From the NCBI RefSeq assembly GCF_902713615.1, contig NW_024055676.1:682877-746876 (forward strand): DNA of 64,000 bases. Reading direction: 5' to 3'. Position 1 is the stretch's first letter, and each line of letters begins with the position of its first letter. This document shows, one piece after another, positions 36,741 to 48,479 of this stretch. The position numbers and the translations under genes were made by a program. The notes under the pieces were generated by a model. The model was not told the origin of the DNA and did not search any database. It saw only the letters and a list, made by a program, of their open reading frames with translations. The DNA comes from Scyliorhinus canicula (taxonomy: Eukaryota).

Positions 36741-38089
36741 TCGCAAGTTCAAGGGGCCGAACGGCCTACTCCTTCACCTATTGTCTATGCTTCTATACTT
36801 CTATGGTTCTATGTAATGCAACAAAGCCTAAATTAGATATGAACTGAACCAGGGTCTAGTACAATAATTCCTGGTACAGGGTCTACATTAATCTCAACTG
36901 AGACAAGGCCGAGTGCAGTGATTTCTGAGGGGAGGGAGTCTTCAATTATGTAAATTTAGACAGGGTTCTCGAGCACTAATTGCTGATCGAGCGTCAAGAT
37001 TAATATAAAGTGAGACAGATTCTAGTGCCGTAATTATTGATGCAGGGTCTAGCTTAACGAAAACTGAGATAAGGTCTAATGCAGTGACTACTGATTCAGG
37101 GTATACATTCGTACAAAGCGAGACAGGGTCGATTGCAGGGACGGCCCAACATTAATGTTAATCAATGTAGGGCCGAGTGTGGATTTACCGTTACACGGTT
37201 GAGATTATATACATTAAGACAGATGTGCGTTTTTTCTGCGTGTTTGTCCGTGTGCGTGGACATTTTCACACCAAACTCCTGCACAAATCATTCCTTTGTT
37301 TTATACACCAATTAATGGGACGGGGTATGGGGAACTTTACTCTCCACATACCCTGCGTTTTTCCTGCTCTGCAAGTATCTGATGGTCCGGCAAAGAGGAA
37401 GCTTTACTCTGTTCCTCACATGTGCTTTACCTGTCCTTCACATGTTAGATGGCGGATGTTGTGGAGGGGGCTTTGCTCTGTACTGTACCTGTCCTTCGAG
37501 TATTTGAGGGGAGATTGTTCAGGGAAATTCATTAAGTAACTAAATGTTTACTGTTGAGGCCCTGGGAATATATAACAGGTTTTCGGAAGTTTTCTTCTTT
37601 ATCCAAATCTGTGACGCATATGGCCTGAGAGTGTTTGCTGGTTCAGTGTGCAGGAAGGTTTGCTCTGTATACGACCCCGTCCTGTACCTGACCTGCGAGA
37701 AATTGACGGAATAGTTTAGAGAAGCAGAGCGTTACTAAAACTGTCCTTGGAATTCTGGTGGGACGCAAGGAATGGTAAGGTCTGGGACCAATGTCTTAAT
37801 GTCTGTGTCATATTTGAAAAGTGAGCAAAACGGATGCTCAGATGATTAAAGGTGTAGTGCAGAATGTGTACAACAGTGACTAAGGGATAGAATACAGTGT
37901 AGCTGTTAACAATTGTTTCAGATTGGGTGGGGTACAGAGTGTTATTCTCCAGTGGGTAATATTAGCAGCACTGCTTTTTCTGTTATATATTAATAGACAG
38001 GACTCGGGACTCGGGTTCACAGGATATCAATTGAAAAGTTGCATATGTTTCCCAAATTGGAAATGCAGTAAACAGGGAAGAGGATTACA

Positions 38090-40850
38090 TACATAGATAC
38101 ATAGAAGTTAGGAGCAGGAGGAGGGCTTTTGGCACTTCGAGCCTGCTCCGCCATTTATCACGATCATGGCTGATCATCCAACTCAATAGCCTCATCCTGC
38201 TTTCTTCCCACAGCCTTTGATCCCATTCTCCCCAAGCGCTATATCCAGCCGCCTCTTGAATGTATTCAATGTTTTGGGATCAACTATTTCCTGCGGTCAT
38301 GAATTCCACAGCCTCACCACTCTTTGAACATAGAACATTACAGCGCAGTACAGGCCTTCGGCCCTCGATATCGCGCTGACCTGTGAAACCACTCTAAATC
38401 CCATCTACACTATTCTCTTATCGTCCATATGTCTGTCCAATTACCATTTGAATGCCCTAAGTGTTGGCGAGTCCACTACTGTTGCAGGCAGGGCATTCCA
38501 CGACCTTACTACTCTCTGAGTAAAGAACCTACGTCTGGCATCTGTCCTATATCTATCTCCCCTCAATTAAAAGCTATGTCCCCTCGTGCTAGACATCACC
38601 ATCCGAGGAAAATGGCTCTCACTGCCCAGCCTATCTAATCCTCTGATCAGCTTGTATGCCTCAATTAAGTCAATTAAGATCTTCCCTCCATACCAGGCAA
38701 CATCTTGGTAAATCTCCTCTGCACCCTTTCCAATGCTTCCACATCCTTCCTACAATGCGGCGACCAGAATTGCACGCAATACTCCAAATGCGGCCGCACC
38801 AGTTTCGTACAGCTGCAACATAGAACATAGAACAGTACAGCACAGAACAGGCCCTTCGGCCCTCGATGTTGTGCCGAGCAATTATCACCCTACTCAAACC
38901 CACGTATCCACCCTATACCTCTAACCCAACAATCCCCCCAACCTTACTTTTTAGGACGCTACGGGCAATTTAGCATGGCCAATCCACCTAACCAGCACAT
39001 CTTTGGATTGTGGGAGGAAACCGGAGCACCCGGAGGAAACCTACGCACACACGGGGAGGACGTGCAGACTCCGCACAGACAGTGACCCAGCCGGGAATCG
39101 AACCTGGGACCCTGGAGCTGTGAAGCATTTATGGTAACCACCATGCTACCATGCTGCCCACATGACCTCATGGCTTCGAAACTCAATCCCTCTACCAATA
39201 AAAGCTAACACACCGTACGCCTTCTTAACCCTCTCTACCTGTGTGGCAACTTTCAGGGATCTATGTACATGGACACCGAGATCTCTCTGCTCATCCACAC
39301 TACCAAGATTCTTCCCATTAGCACACTACCCTGTCTTCCTGTTATTCCTTCCAAAATGAATCACCTCACACTTTTCTGCATTGAACTCTATTTGCCACCT
39401 GTCAACCACCCGTGTGTTAAGCACCTTGGACTTTGCCCTCGTGAACCCTTGCCAGAACTCTCTAAGCTCCGGGCATGCCCAAAACCTGTGTGTGGACATG
39501 GTTTGCAGGGCTGCCCTTGCACCTCATACAACTGTCCTCTACCCCAAAAAACTTGCTCATTCTCGCTGCTGTCATGTGGGCCCGGCGTACCACCTTAAAT
39601 TGAATTAGGCTGAGCCTGGCACATGATGAGGAGGAATGAACCCTGCCCAGAACCTTTGCCCACAGACCCGCTTCCAACTCCTCACCAACTCGTCCTCCCA
39701 CTTGCCCTTCAGCTGCTCCACCGGGGTTTCCTCCGCCTCCTGCAGTTCCTGGTAGATATCCGACACCTTCCCCTCCCCCACCCAGGTGCCGGAGACCACC
39801 CTGTCCTGTATCCTCAGTAGCGGCAGCGTTGGAAAGGCCACTACATGTTTTTTCAGGAAGGCTCGTGCTTGCAGATATTTGAAAGCGTTTCCTGGCGGCA
39901 GATTAAATTTGTCCTCTAGCGCCTTCAAACTGGGAGAGCTTCCGTCTATGAACAGGTCTCCCATCCTTCAGATACCTACCCTCTGCCAGCTCTGGAACCC
40001 ACCATCCATCCTACCCGGGACAAACCTGTGGTTCTTGCATGAGGACAGGGCATCCATGGTTGTCAAGGGAAGTCAAGGACAGCATAAAAGCAAAGGAATA
40101 AGCAGACAACGTGGTGAAGATTAATGGGATGCCAAAGGATACGGAAGCTTTTAAAAGCTGATATAATGTAAAAGCTGATAAAAAAAATTATTATTACTTT
40201 TGAACTGAGGGCACTGTTTCTACGTTTTCATACGACGCCAAGATATGTAGAGGAACAAGTCGTGCTGAGGAAGCAGAAAGGCTGCAAAAAGACCTGGTCA
40301 GGCTAAGAACGATGTGCTGGCCTTGGAGAAGCTCCCGAGGAAATTCACAAGACTGATCCTCGGAATGACTGGCTTGTCATATGAGGAGCGCTTGAAGACT
40401 CTGGGTCTGTACTGAATAGAGTTTAGAAGGATGAGGTGCTGTGAGGGGAGTGGGGCGTGGGGCGGGGGCGGGGGTGGGGTCACATTGATAGTTACAGAAT
40501 AGTGAGAGGCCTAGTAGGTGAAACTAGAACCCGAGGTCACAGCCTCAGATTTAAGGGACGAGCCTTCAAAACTGAGAAGAGGAGCAATTTATTCAGCCAG
40601 AGTGTCTTGAATCTGTGGAACTCAGTCCCGCAGCAGGCTGTGGAGGCCAAATCACTGAGTGTCTTTAAGATAGAGATAGACAGGCTCTTGATTAATAAGG
40701 GGACCAGGGATTATGGGGAGAAGGCGGATAAGGGGACCAGGGATTATGGGGAGAATGGGGATTAGAAACATAACAGTCATGATTGAATGCGAAGCAGACT
40801 GAATGAACTGAAAGGCCGGGTTCAACTCCTATGTTTTATGATTTTATGGG
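38090..40850. mobile_element. Nested retroelement cluster: CR1 pieces, a V-SINE (38817-39160 -) and an L1 ORF2 3' fragment (39405-40050 -)
   Basis: The L1 piece encodes SSSSCARLSLIQFKV, as does the full-length L1. The SINE core and CR1 tails (GAACATA, TTCTATG) are visible. Confidence 0.8.
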
Positions 40851-42599
40851 AGGAAAACCATATATGGACGATTTTAGAATAGATAGGTGCTTGATTGCCG
40901 TTTCAGATATGGTGGGTGGAAGGGCATCTTTATTTCCTGTATATCTCTCAGACTCTATGATTCTATGACAGGATCTAAAACAATAATCACTAATACTAAC
41001 ACTAACACTAACACTAATAGATTAACCTAAATTGAGATTGAATCTCGTGCAGAGATTACTGATACAGGGTCCAGATTACCATAAACTGAGACAGGTTCTA
41101 GTGCAGCGATTACTCTTACACAGATTGATTAAACTTAAATGAGATAGGATCTAAAGCAGTGATTATTGGTACAGGATCTAGAATATTATAAACGGAGGCA
41201 GGGTCTATTGCAGTCATTCCTGGTCAGGGTCCGGATTAAACACGTGTAAAGAGTTATTAAGGCAGATTACCAAAAACGTGGTTGACGAGGCATGTTATGG
41301 GATGATTTTAATAAGGGAATTGAGGTAAAGAGGAGTAGGGAATGAATACCAGAGCTTAGGACCGAGGCATATGAAGGCATCGCAAAGTGAACCAAATAAT
41401 TCTGAAGATAACAATATGTCTTGATCGATTGGAGTTGCAAAAATTAAGAAAAATGTTTCATATTCACACCTACACTAACGACCAATACGTTTGTGCAGCG
41501 ATTTTAGTTGCTCTTCTAACCAGATGAGTGTTGAATGATTGGGGCGCCATTTCTCCTATGGGTGCCCACCATTACCATCGTGGCGATACAGTGAGAACAC
41601 GGTTCTGTCTAACTCTGCCAGTGCATTAGGTGATTGGTTAATATAAATCGAGAGACAACAGGAACATGGTCCGGTGTAATATCAACAGAGACAGGCCCTG
41701 GTGAGATGTAAAGATACAAATTCCTGTGGAATATAGAAGAGGCGGAACTTAATGTAATATAATCCTATGCATGTTCTTGCGTGTTATTAATTGAGTGCAG
41801 CACAACTATACTAGTGTAGTATAGACAGGGACAGGGGTTACTTTAATAGTGATAAAGACAGGGTCTCATTCGACATGAGAAGTAACAGATGTGATGTAAT
41901 ACAGTGACATAGAAAATAGAGCAGGAGTAGACCATTATGCCCTTCGAGCCTGCTCCACTGTTCATTCTGATCATGGCACCTCAGTAACCTGTTCCCACTT
42001 TCACCCATATCATTTGGTCCCTTCAGAGCTTTGATCCCCAAGAGCTATATCTAACTCCTTCAAAACATACAATACTTTGGACTTAACTTCGTTCTGTGGT
42101 ACAGAATTCCACAGGCTATCGACTCCCAGGGTGAAGTTATTGCCCCTCATCTCAGTCCTAAATAGTTTACCCCGTATCCTTAGACAGTGACCCCTGGTTC
42201 TATCTCCCCCACCATCGGGACCATCCTTTCTGCATCCGCCCTGTCACGTCCTGTTTCAATTTGATAGGTTTATAATCAGAGGGGGATTTAATATTTCATC
42301 AATTCGTGTCTTCTGATTCTCCTACCAGTGAATCAAGTTTCTTCCTAATTAATCAAACAAAACCCTTCATATTGTGACCATTGTTACACCCCTCCCAAAA
42401 ACTGCTCGGTTCTAAGGAAAACAATCCCAGCTTCCAACCGCTCTGACCTTGCAGCTCATGAACTGGAAAGGCCCAGTTGTATATATTTTTCTGCCTTTCT
42501 TGTGTTCCGATGCTATTTTTGGAAATACTGACATTTTATATGGAGCCAGTAGAATTCCCGTTCACCATTACCATCGTGTCCGAATTAGACACAAGACAG

Positions 42600-42822
42600 G
42601 GCCAGCACGGTGGTGCAGTGGTTAGCACTGCTGTCTCACGGCGTCGAGGGACCAGGTTAGATCCCGTCTCTCGGTCCATCTCCACGTGGAGTTTGCACAT
42701 TCTCCCCGTCTCTGCGTGGGTTTCACCCCCAAAACTTAAAGATGTGTAGGGTAGGTTGACTGGCTGTGCTAAATTGTCCCTTGATTTGGAAAAAAATAAT
42801 TGTTTACTCTAAATTTATAATA
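42600..42822 (+). mobile_element. V-SINE-like element, short variant
   Basis: GGCCAGCACGGTGGTGCAGTGGTTAGC head and core. Absent from duplication copy B. Confidence 0.75.
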
Positions 42823-43100
42823 AGACACAAGACTAAGAAAAGACTAGCCTCTGAAAATTAAATTGACCCATGTAAGGCTGGACCCAGAATTCGAACTTTA
42901 GATACACTGACCAATATTTCAGAATGTAATGTAATGCCATGATAGGTTAACAATCTTGTCTCAGTGGAATCAATATCCCCTCTCACAACAGATACCTGAG
43001 CCCACGACCCAGATGTGATGAATGCAGGAGTATTTTATGTTTCAGTTGCTCCATCTTTTAGATGTGATGTGTCTTAGGGCTGCTTTGCAATATTATGTGG

Positions 43101-43182
43101 GACGAGGTGGCCGAGTGGTTAAGGCGATGGACTGCTAATTCATTGTGCTATGCATGCGTGGGTTCGAATTCCACCCTCGTCG
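43101..43182 (+). tRNA. tRNA-Ser(GCT): tRNA-Ser(GCT), 82 nt, probably a retroposed copy
   Basis: Acceptor stem GACGAGG/CCTCGTC, D arm, anticodon loop CTGCTAA (GCT at 43134-43136), long variable arm and T loop TTCGAAT, followed by TTTTT. It differs from the vertebrate consensus I recall at about 4 positions, three of which give G-U pairs. Confidence 0.92.
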
Positions 43183-43188
43183 ATTTTT

Positions 43189-43509
43189 GTGGGCAGCACA
43201 GTAGCATGGTGGTTAGCATAAATGCTTCACAGCTCCAGGATCCCAGGTTCGATTCCCGGCTGGGACACTGTCTGTGCGGAGTCTGCACGTCCTCCTTGTG
43301 TGTGAGTGGGTTTCCTCCGGGTGCTCCGATTTCCTCCCACAGTCCAAAGATGTGCGGGTTAGGTGGATTGGCCATGCTAAATTGCCTGTGGTGTCCTAAA
43401 AAGTAAGGTTAAGGAGGGGGGGGGGGGGGTGGATACGTGGGTTTGAGTAGTGTGATCATTGCTCGGCACAACATCAAGGGCCTGTTCTGTGCTGTACTGT
43501 TCTATGTTC
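43189..43509 (+). mobile_element. Full-length HE1/V-SINE-like element joined directly to the tRNA trailer
   Basis: Begins GTGGGCAGCAC, like the copies at 3181 and 39160, and ends in TTCTATGTTC. Confidence 0.88.
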
Positions 43510-44189
43510 TATTATTACTGGACTGGTAATCTGGAGGCCTGAACTATTACTTCAGAGACTCGAGTACAAATTCCATCAGAGCATATTGCAATGATGTGAG
43601 CAAAGGGTAGATATTTTGGAGGTGGTGCAGAGAAGGTTCATTAGGTTAATCTCGGGTATGGATGGATTTTCATCGGTAGCTGGAATTTCACAGCACTGAA
43701 AGAGGTTCTTCGGCCCATCGTTACTGCTCCTGTCATCAAATAGAGAAGAACCCGGCCCTGGATAGTCTTGAAACACAGATCTCTCGGTTTGCAGCGAAAA
43801 ACGTTGACCAATTGCACCACAGAGACTGGCATGTGGAGAGCGTTAGTAGGGAAGACCTACACACATTGAAGTTTAGAAGAATGAGAGGCGAACTGACTGA
43901 GATATGTAGTATTTTCAAGGAGCTTGACAGTATGGATGCTCGAGGTTGTTTCTGCTTGTGGGTGAGTCTGGGACCGTAGGGCACCATCTCAGAGTAAGGT
44001 GTCGCTCATTTCAGACGAGGATGGAGCGGAATTTCGTCTCTCAGTGGGGAGTGATTCTATGGTGCAGAGAATTGGAGAGGCCGGGTCAATAAATATGTCC
44101 AAGGCTGAGACAGACAGATTTTTCATCAGTAAGGGAATCAATGGTTATGGGGATAAGGCGGAACAGTGTAGTTTAGGATCTTATCATTT

Positions 44190-44822
44190 ATCTCAAGAGG
44201 GTTGGAATATAAAAGCAGCGATGTGCTACTGAGCCTTTATAAGGCTCTGGTTAGGCCCCATTTGGAGTACTGTGTCCAGTTTTGGGCCCCACATCTCAGG
44301 AAGGACATACTGGCACTGGAGCGTGTCCAGCGGAGATTCACACGGATGATCCCTGGAATGGCGGGTCTAACATATGAGGAACGGCTGAGGATCCTGGGAT
44401 TGTATTCATTGGAGTTTAGAAGGTTAAGGGGAGATCTAATAGAAACTTACAAGATAATACATGGCTTAGAAAGGGTGGATGCAAAGAAACTGTTTCCGTT
44501 AGGCGAGGAGACGAGGACCCGTGGGCACAGCCTTAGAATTAGAGGGGGTAAATTCAGAACAGAAATGCGGAGACATTTCTTCAGGCAGAGAGTGGTGGGC
44601 CTGTGGAATTCATTGCCGCGGAGTGCAGTGGAGGCCGGGACACTAAATGACTTCAAGGCAGAGATAGATAAATTCTTGATGTCGCGAGGAATTAAGGGCT
44701 ACGGGGAGAATGCTGGTAGGTGGAGTTGAAATGCCCATCAGCCATGATTGAATGGCGGAGTGGACTCGATGGGCTGAATGGCCTTACTTCCACTCCTATG
44801 TCTTATGGTCTTATGGTCTTAT
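44190..44822 (+). mobile_element. CR1 LINE 3' fragment, young
   Basis: ORF 44202-44729 encodes the CR1 C-terminus, followed by a TCTTATGG tandem tail. Flanked by TCTTATCA at 44179 and 44817, and absent from copy B. Confidence 0.9.
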
Positions 44823-47395
44823 CAGATCAGCCACGATCTCATTGAATGGCAGATCATATTCCATGGGCCGAATGGCCACTTTCTCCTCCTACATCTTATG
44901 GTTTGAAAATGAAAATCGTTTATTGTCATGAATAGGCTTCAATGAAGTTACTGTGAAAAGCCCCTAGTCGCCACATTCCGGCGCCTGTCCGGGGAGGCTG
45001 GTACGGGAATCAAACCATGCTGCTGGCTTGCTTGGTCTGCTTTAAAAGCCAGCGATTTAACCCAGTGAGCTAAACCAGCACCTGGTTTTATGGCAGTTGG
45101 GGGCCTTTCAATTGAATGAATTAATAAATCAGAAATAAAACTGTTGCATCATTCATAATACTCATGAAGCTAGCAAAATTTTCCAAAGCCCAGCAGGTTC
45201 ACCAATGTCCTTCAGGAGAAGAAATCTTCCCTCCTTACCCTGTCTGGCCTCTGTGTGTCTAGTTCAGCAGTGATGTGGTTGACGCTTAACTATCTCTGAT
45301 ATTGCCGAGCAAGCAAGTCAGTTCAAGGTCTGCTGCCACAGAAATCAGATGTGAATTCAACCGTCCGAAGTGAACCTTATCTAAAAGGGGGTTCACATCC
45401 GGCTTCTCAGGATGGACAGTTAATGCTGACTGTGTCAGTGAGGGTCATATTCCGAGAATAAATGTTTAAAACTGTGCAAAGTGCTGCAGATTCCGGAAAT
45501 CTAAAACAAAAACAAAAAAAGGCTGCTCAGCAGGTCAGTGAGCATCAGCAGAGAGAGAAGGAGATTCACATTTCAGGTGGATTACCTCATTGACATAATG
45601 CTAAAGAGCAGAGCTGCTTTTCCCAGTATCCTCGACCAATGTCCTTGAACATAAGTCACAGATTAGCTGGTCACTTATCACATCTCAGTTTGTGGGAGCT
45701 TGCTGTGCACAAATTCCCTGTTTCCACCATTACAGCAGTGACTAAATTCAGCTAAAATATATCAGTGAGTTTGAAGGGCGTTGGAATGACCTGAGATCGG
45801 GTAAAGCGTTTTACAAAACTCTTTCCAAACGTTAACATTTTAAAATGCAGGTTGTAATATGTTGAAAGATCTGAGATTAATGTGACTATGGGTCACTCCT
45901 CTGCCTGATGTTTTAATATATCTCCTTTAAATTGGTCAATGTTTCAATTAAATTAATATTCAGAGGAATAATAGCCTGGTTAAAGATTATTTATTAATTG
46001 AGGCATCAGAACTTCCAGAATTAATACTTAATTTAAATTTATTTTTTATTTTAATTACATAACATCTGTTCTAATGGATGTTTCTATACCTTTCAACCAA
46101 CTGTCAATATTCTTAAAATAAACCGCTATTTTGAGTTGAACCTGATCAATAAATGACTGTTTTATCTAGTTTTGTTGATACGAACACTTCATTGTAACCA
46201 GTGAGGTGTTTATGTAAATAAACACAGAAATAGAAGTCCCAGATTAAATTGTACACTGACAAAAACACAACAACTATTTCCCCACCTACACAGCACAGAA
46301 ATAGAGGCAAAGACGCAAATAGATCAACGAATTCCAGTAATGATTGTTTTTGACATTTGTTTCTTCATCAGTTATATAAGAGAAATGTCATCATGATATC
46401 CATGTTCAGAATTAGGAAAGTGTCCCTCTGATCTCGAAATATAATGACATGCAAAATGTGTTCATAGAGTTTTCCAGTTCTCCTGTATCTGATATCTGTC
46501 CCTTTTTCCTAACTGGTTCTGTCTCATGTCTCTCCACGATGGGTCATTGCCTTTAATCGACAGCATGAAGCCAACATGTGCCGAATATAATCTCTTAGTG
46601 CAATCTCACCTCATTGGCTTCCAACTAAATGGATCGAATCCAATGAATTGGAATACATAGACGGAGTTTTACTCTAAAATGTGGTTGGAGCATTCAATTA
46701 CCTTGCAGTGTTTAATGAGAACTGTGGAGAAACATTTACCCGGTGTCTAACCTGAGCTGAACAGGGTGGTGAGGATTTGATGCGGTAGTGCCGAAGGATC
46801 TTTCCCTCTTTCTAACCAGGCTAACAGAGTTAGATAGTTTCTTGATTAATAAGGGGATCAGGGGTTACGGCGAGTAGGCAGGATATGATAGGCTTTTAGA
46901 AACATAACAGTCGTGATTGAATGTGGACACACTCGATTGGCCTAATCGTCGAATTCTGCTTCTGTGTCTTATAGTTTTATGGTAGGAACACCATCTATGG
47001 ACTATCTTACAATAGACAGGTCCTTGATTGCCATCGCAGATATGGTGGGTGAAGGGCATCTTTCTGTATTATAAACCTCTAACTCTCCATGACGCCATGC
47101 CAAGGTCCAAAACGATTATTACTCATATGGGGTGGAGATTAACCTAAACTAATCTAATCATATTTTTGTCACAAGTAAGCTGACATTAGCACTTCAATGA
47201 AGTCACTGTGAAAAGATCCCAGTCGCCACATTCCGCCGCCTATTTGGGTACACAGACGGAGAATTCAGAATGTCCAAATTACAGAACTGCGCATCTTTCG
47301 GGACTTGTGGGAGGAAACCGGAGCACCCGATGGAAACCCACGCAGACATGGTGAGAACATGCCGACTCCGCACTGACTGGGACTCTGGCGCTATG

Positions 47396-48475
47396 AACAT
47401 AAGAACATAAGAACATAAGAACTAGGAGCAGGAGTAGGCCATCTGGCCCCCGAGCCTGCTCCGCCATTCAATTAGATCATGGCTGATCTTTTGTGGACTC
47501 AGCTCCACTTTCCGGCCCGAACACCATAACCCTTAATCCCTTTATTCTTCAAAAAACTATCTATCTTTACCTTAAAAACATGTAATGAAGGAGCCTCAAC
47601 TGCTTCACTGGGCAAGGAATTCCATAGATTCACAACCCTTTGGGTGAAGTTCCTCCTAAACTCAGTCCTAAATCTACTTCCCCTTATTTTGAGGCTATGC
47701 CCCCTAGTTCTGCTGTCACCCGCCAGTGGAAACAACCTGCCCGCATCTATCCTATCTATTCCCTTCATAATTTTAAATGTTTCTATAAGATCCCCCCTCA
47801 TCCTTCTAAATTCCAACGAGTACAGTCCCAGGCTACTCAACCTCTCCTCATAATCCAACCCCTTCAGCTCTGGGATTAACCTAGTGAATCTCCTCTGCAC
47901 ACCCTCCAGCGCCAGTACGTCCTTTCTCAAGTAAGGAGACCAAAACTGAACACAATACTCCAGGCACTAACACCTTATACAATTGCAACATAACCTCCCT
48001 AGTCTTAAACTCCATCCCTCTAGCAATGAAGGACAAAATTCCATTTGCCTTCTTAATCACCTGTTGCACTTGTAAACCAACCTTCTGTGACTCATGCACT
48101 ATCACACCCAAGTCTCTCTGAACAGCGGCATGCTTTAATATTTTATCATTTAAATAATAATCCCGTTTGCTGTTATTCCTACCAAAATGGATAACCTCAC
48201 ATTTGTCAACATTGTATTCCATCTGCCAGACCCGAGCCCATTCACTTAACCTATCCAAATCCCTCTGCAGACTTCCGGTATCCTCTGCACTTTTCGCTTT
48301 ACCACTCATCTTAGTGTCATCTGCAAACTTGGACACATTGCCCTTGGTCCCCAACTCCAAATCATCTATGTAAATTGTGAACAATTGTGGGCCCAACACG
48401 GATCCCTGAGGGACACCACTAGCTACTGATTGCCAACCAGAGAAACACCCATTTATCCCAACTCTTTGCTTTCTC
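47396..48475 (-). mobile_element. CR1 LINE, 5'-truncated, same subfamily as 12365-13328
   Basis: Minus ORFs include SGVPQGSVLGP and SKFADDTK, with C-terminal peptides almost identical to the 12.4-kb copy, and a GAACATAA tail. Confidence 0.92.
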
Positions 48476-48479
48476 TTTG

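Larger units (their letters stand above)
41030..46800 (+). repeat. Segmental duplication, copy A
   Basis: Colinear with 48480-52920 once copy-specific insertions are removed. Example anchors: GAGGTAAAGAGGAGTAGGGAATGAATA, CCATCTTTTAGATGTGATG, AAACACAGAAATAGAAGTCCCAGATT and AATGTGGTTGGAGCATT. Confidence 0.9.
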
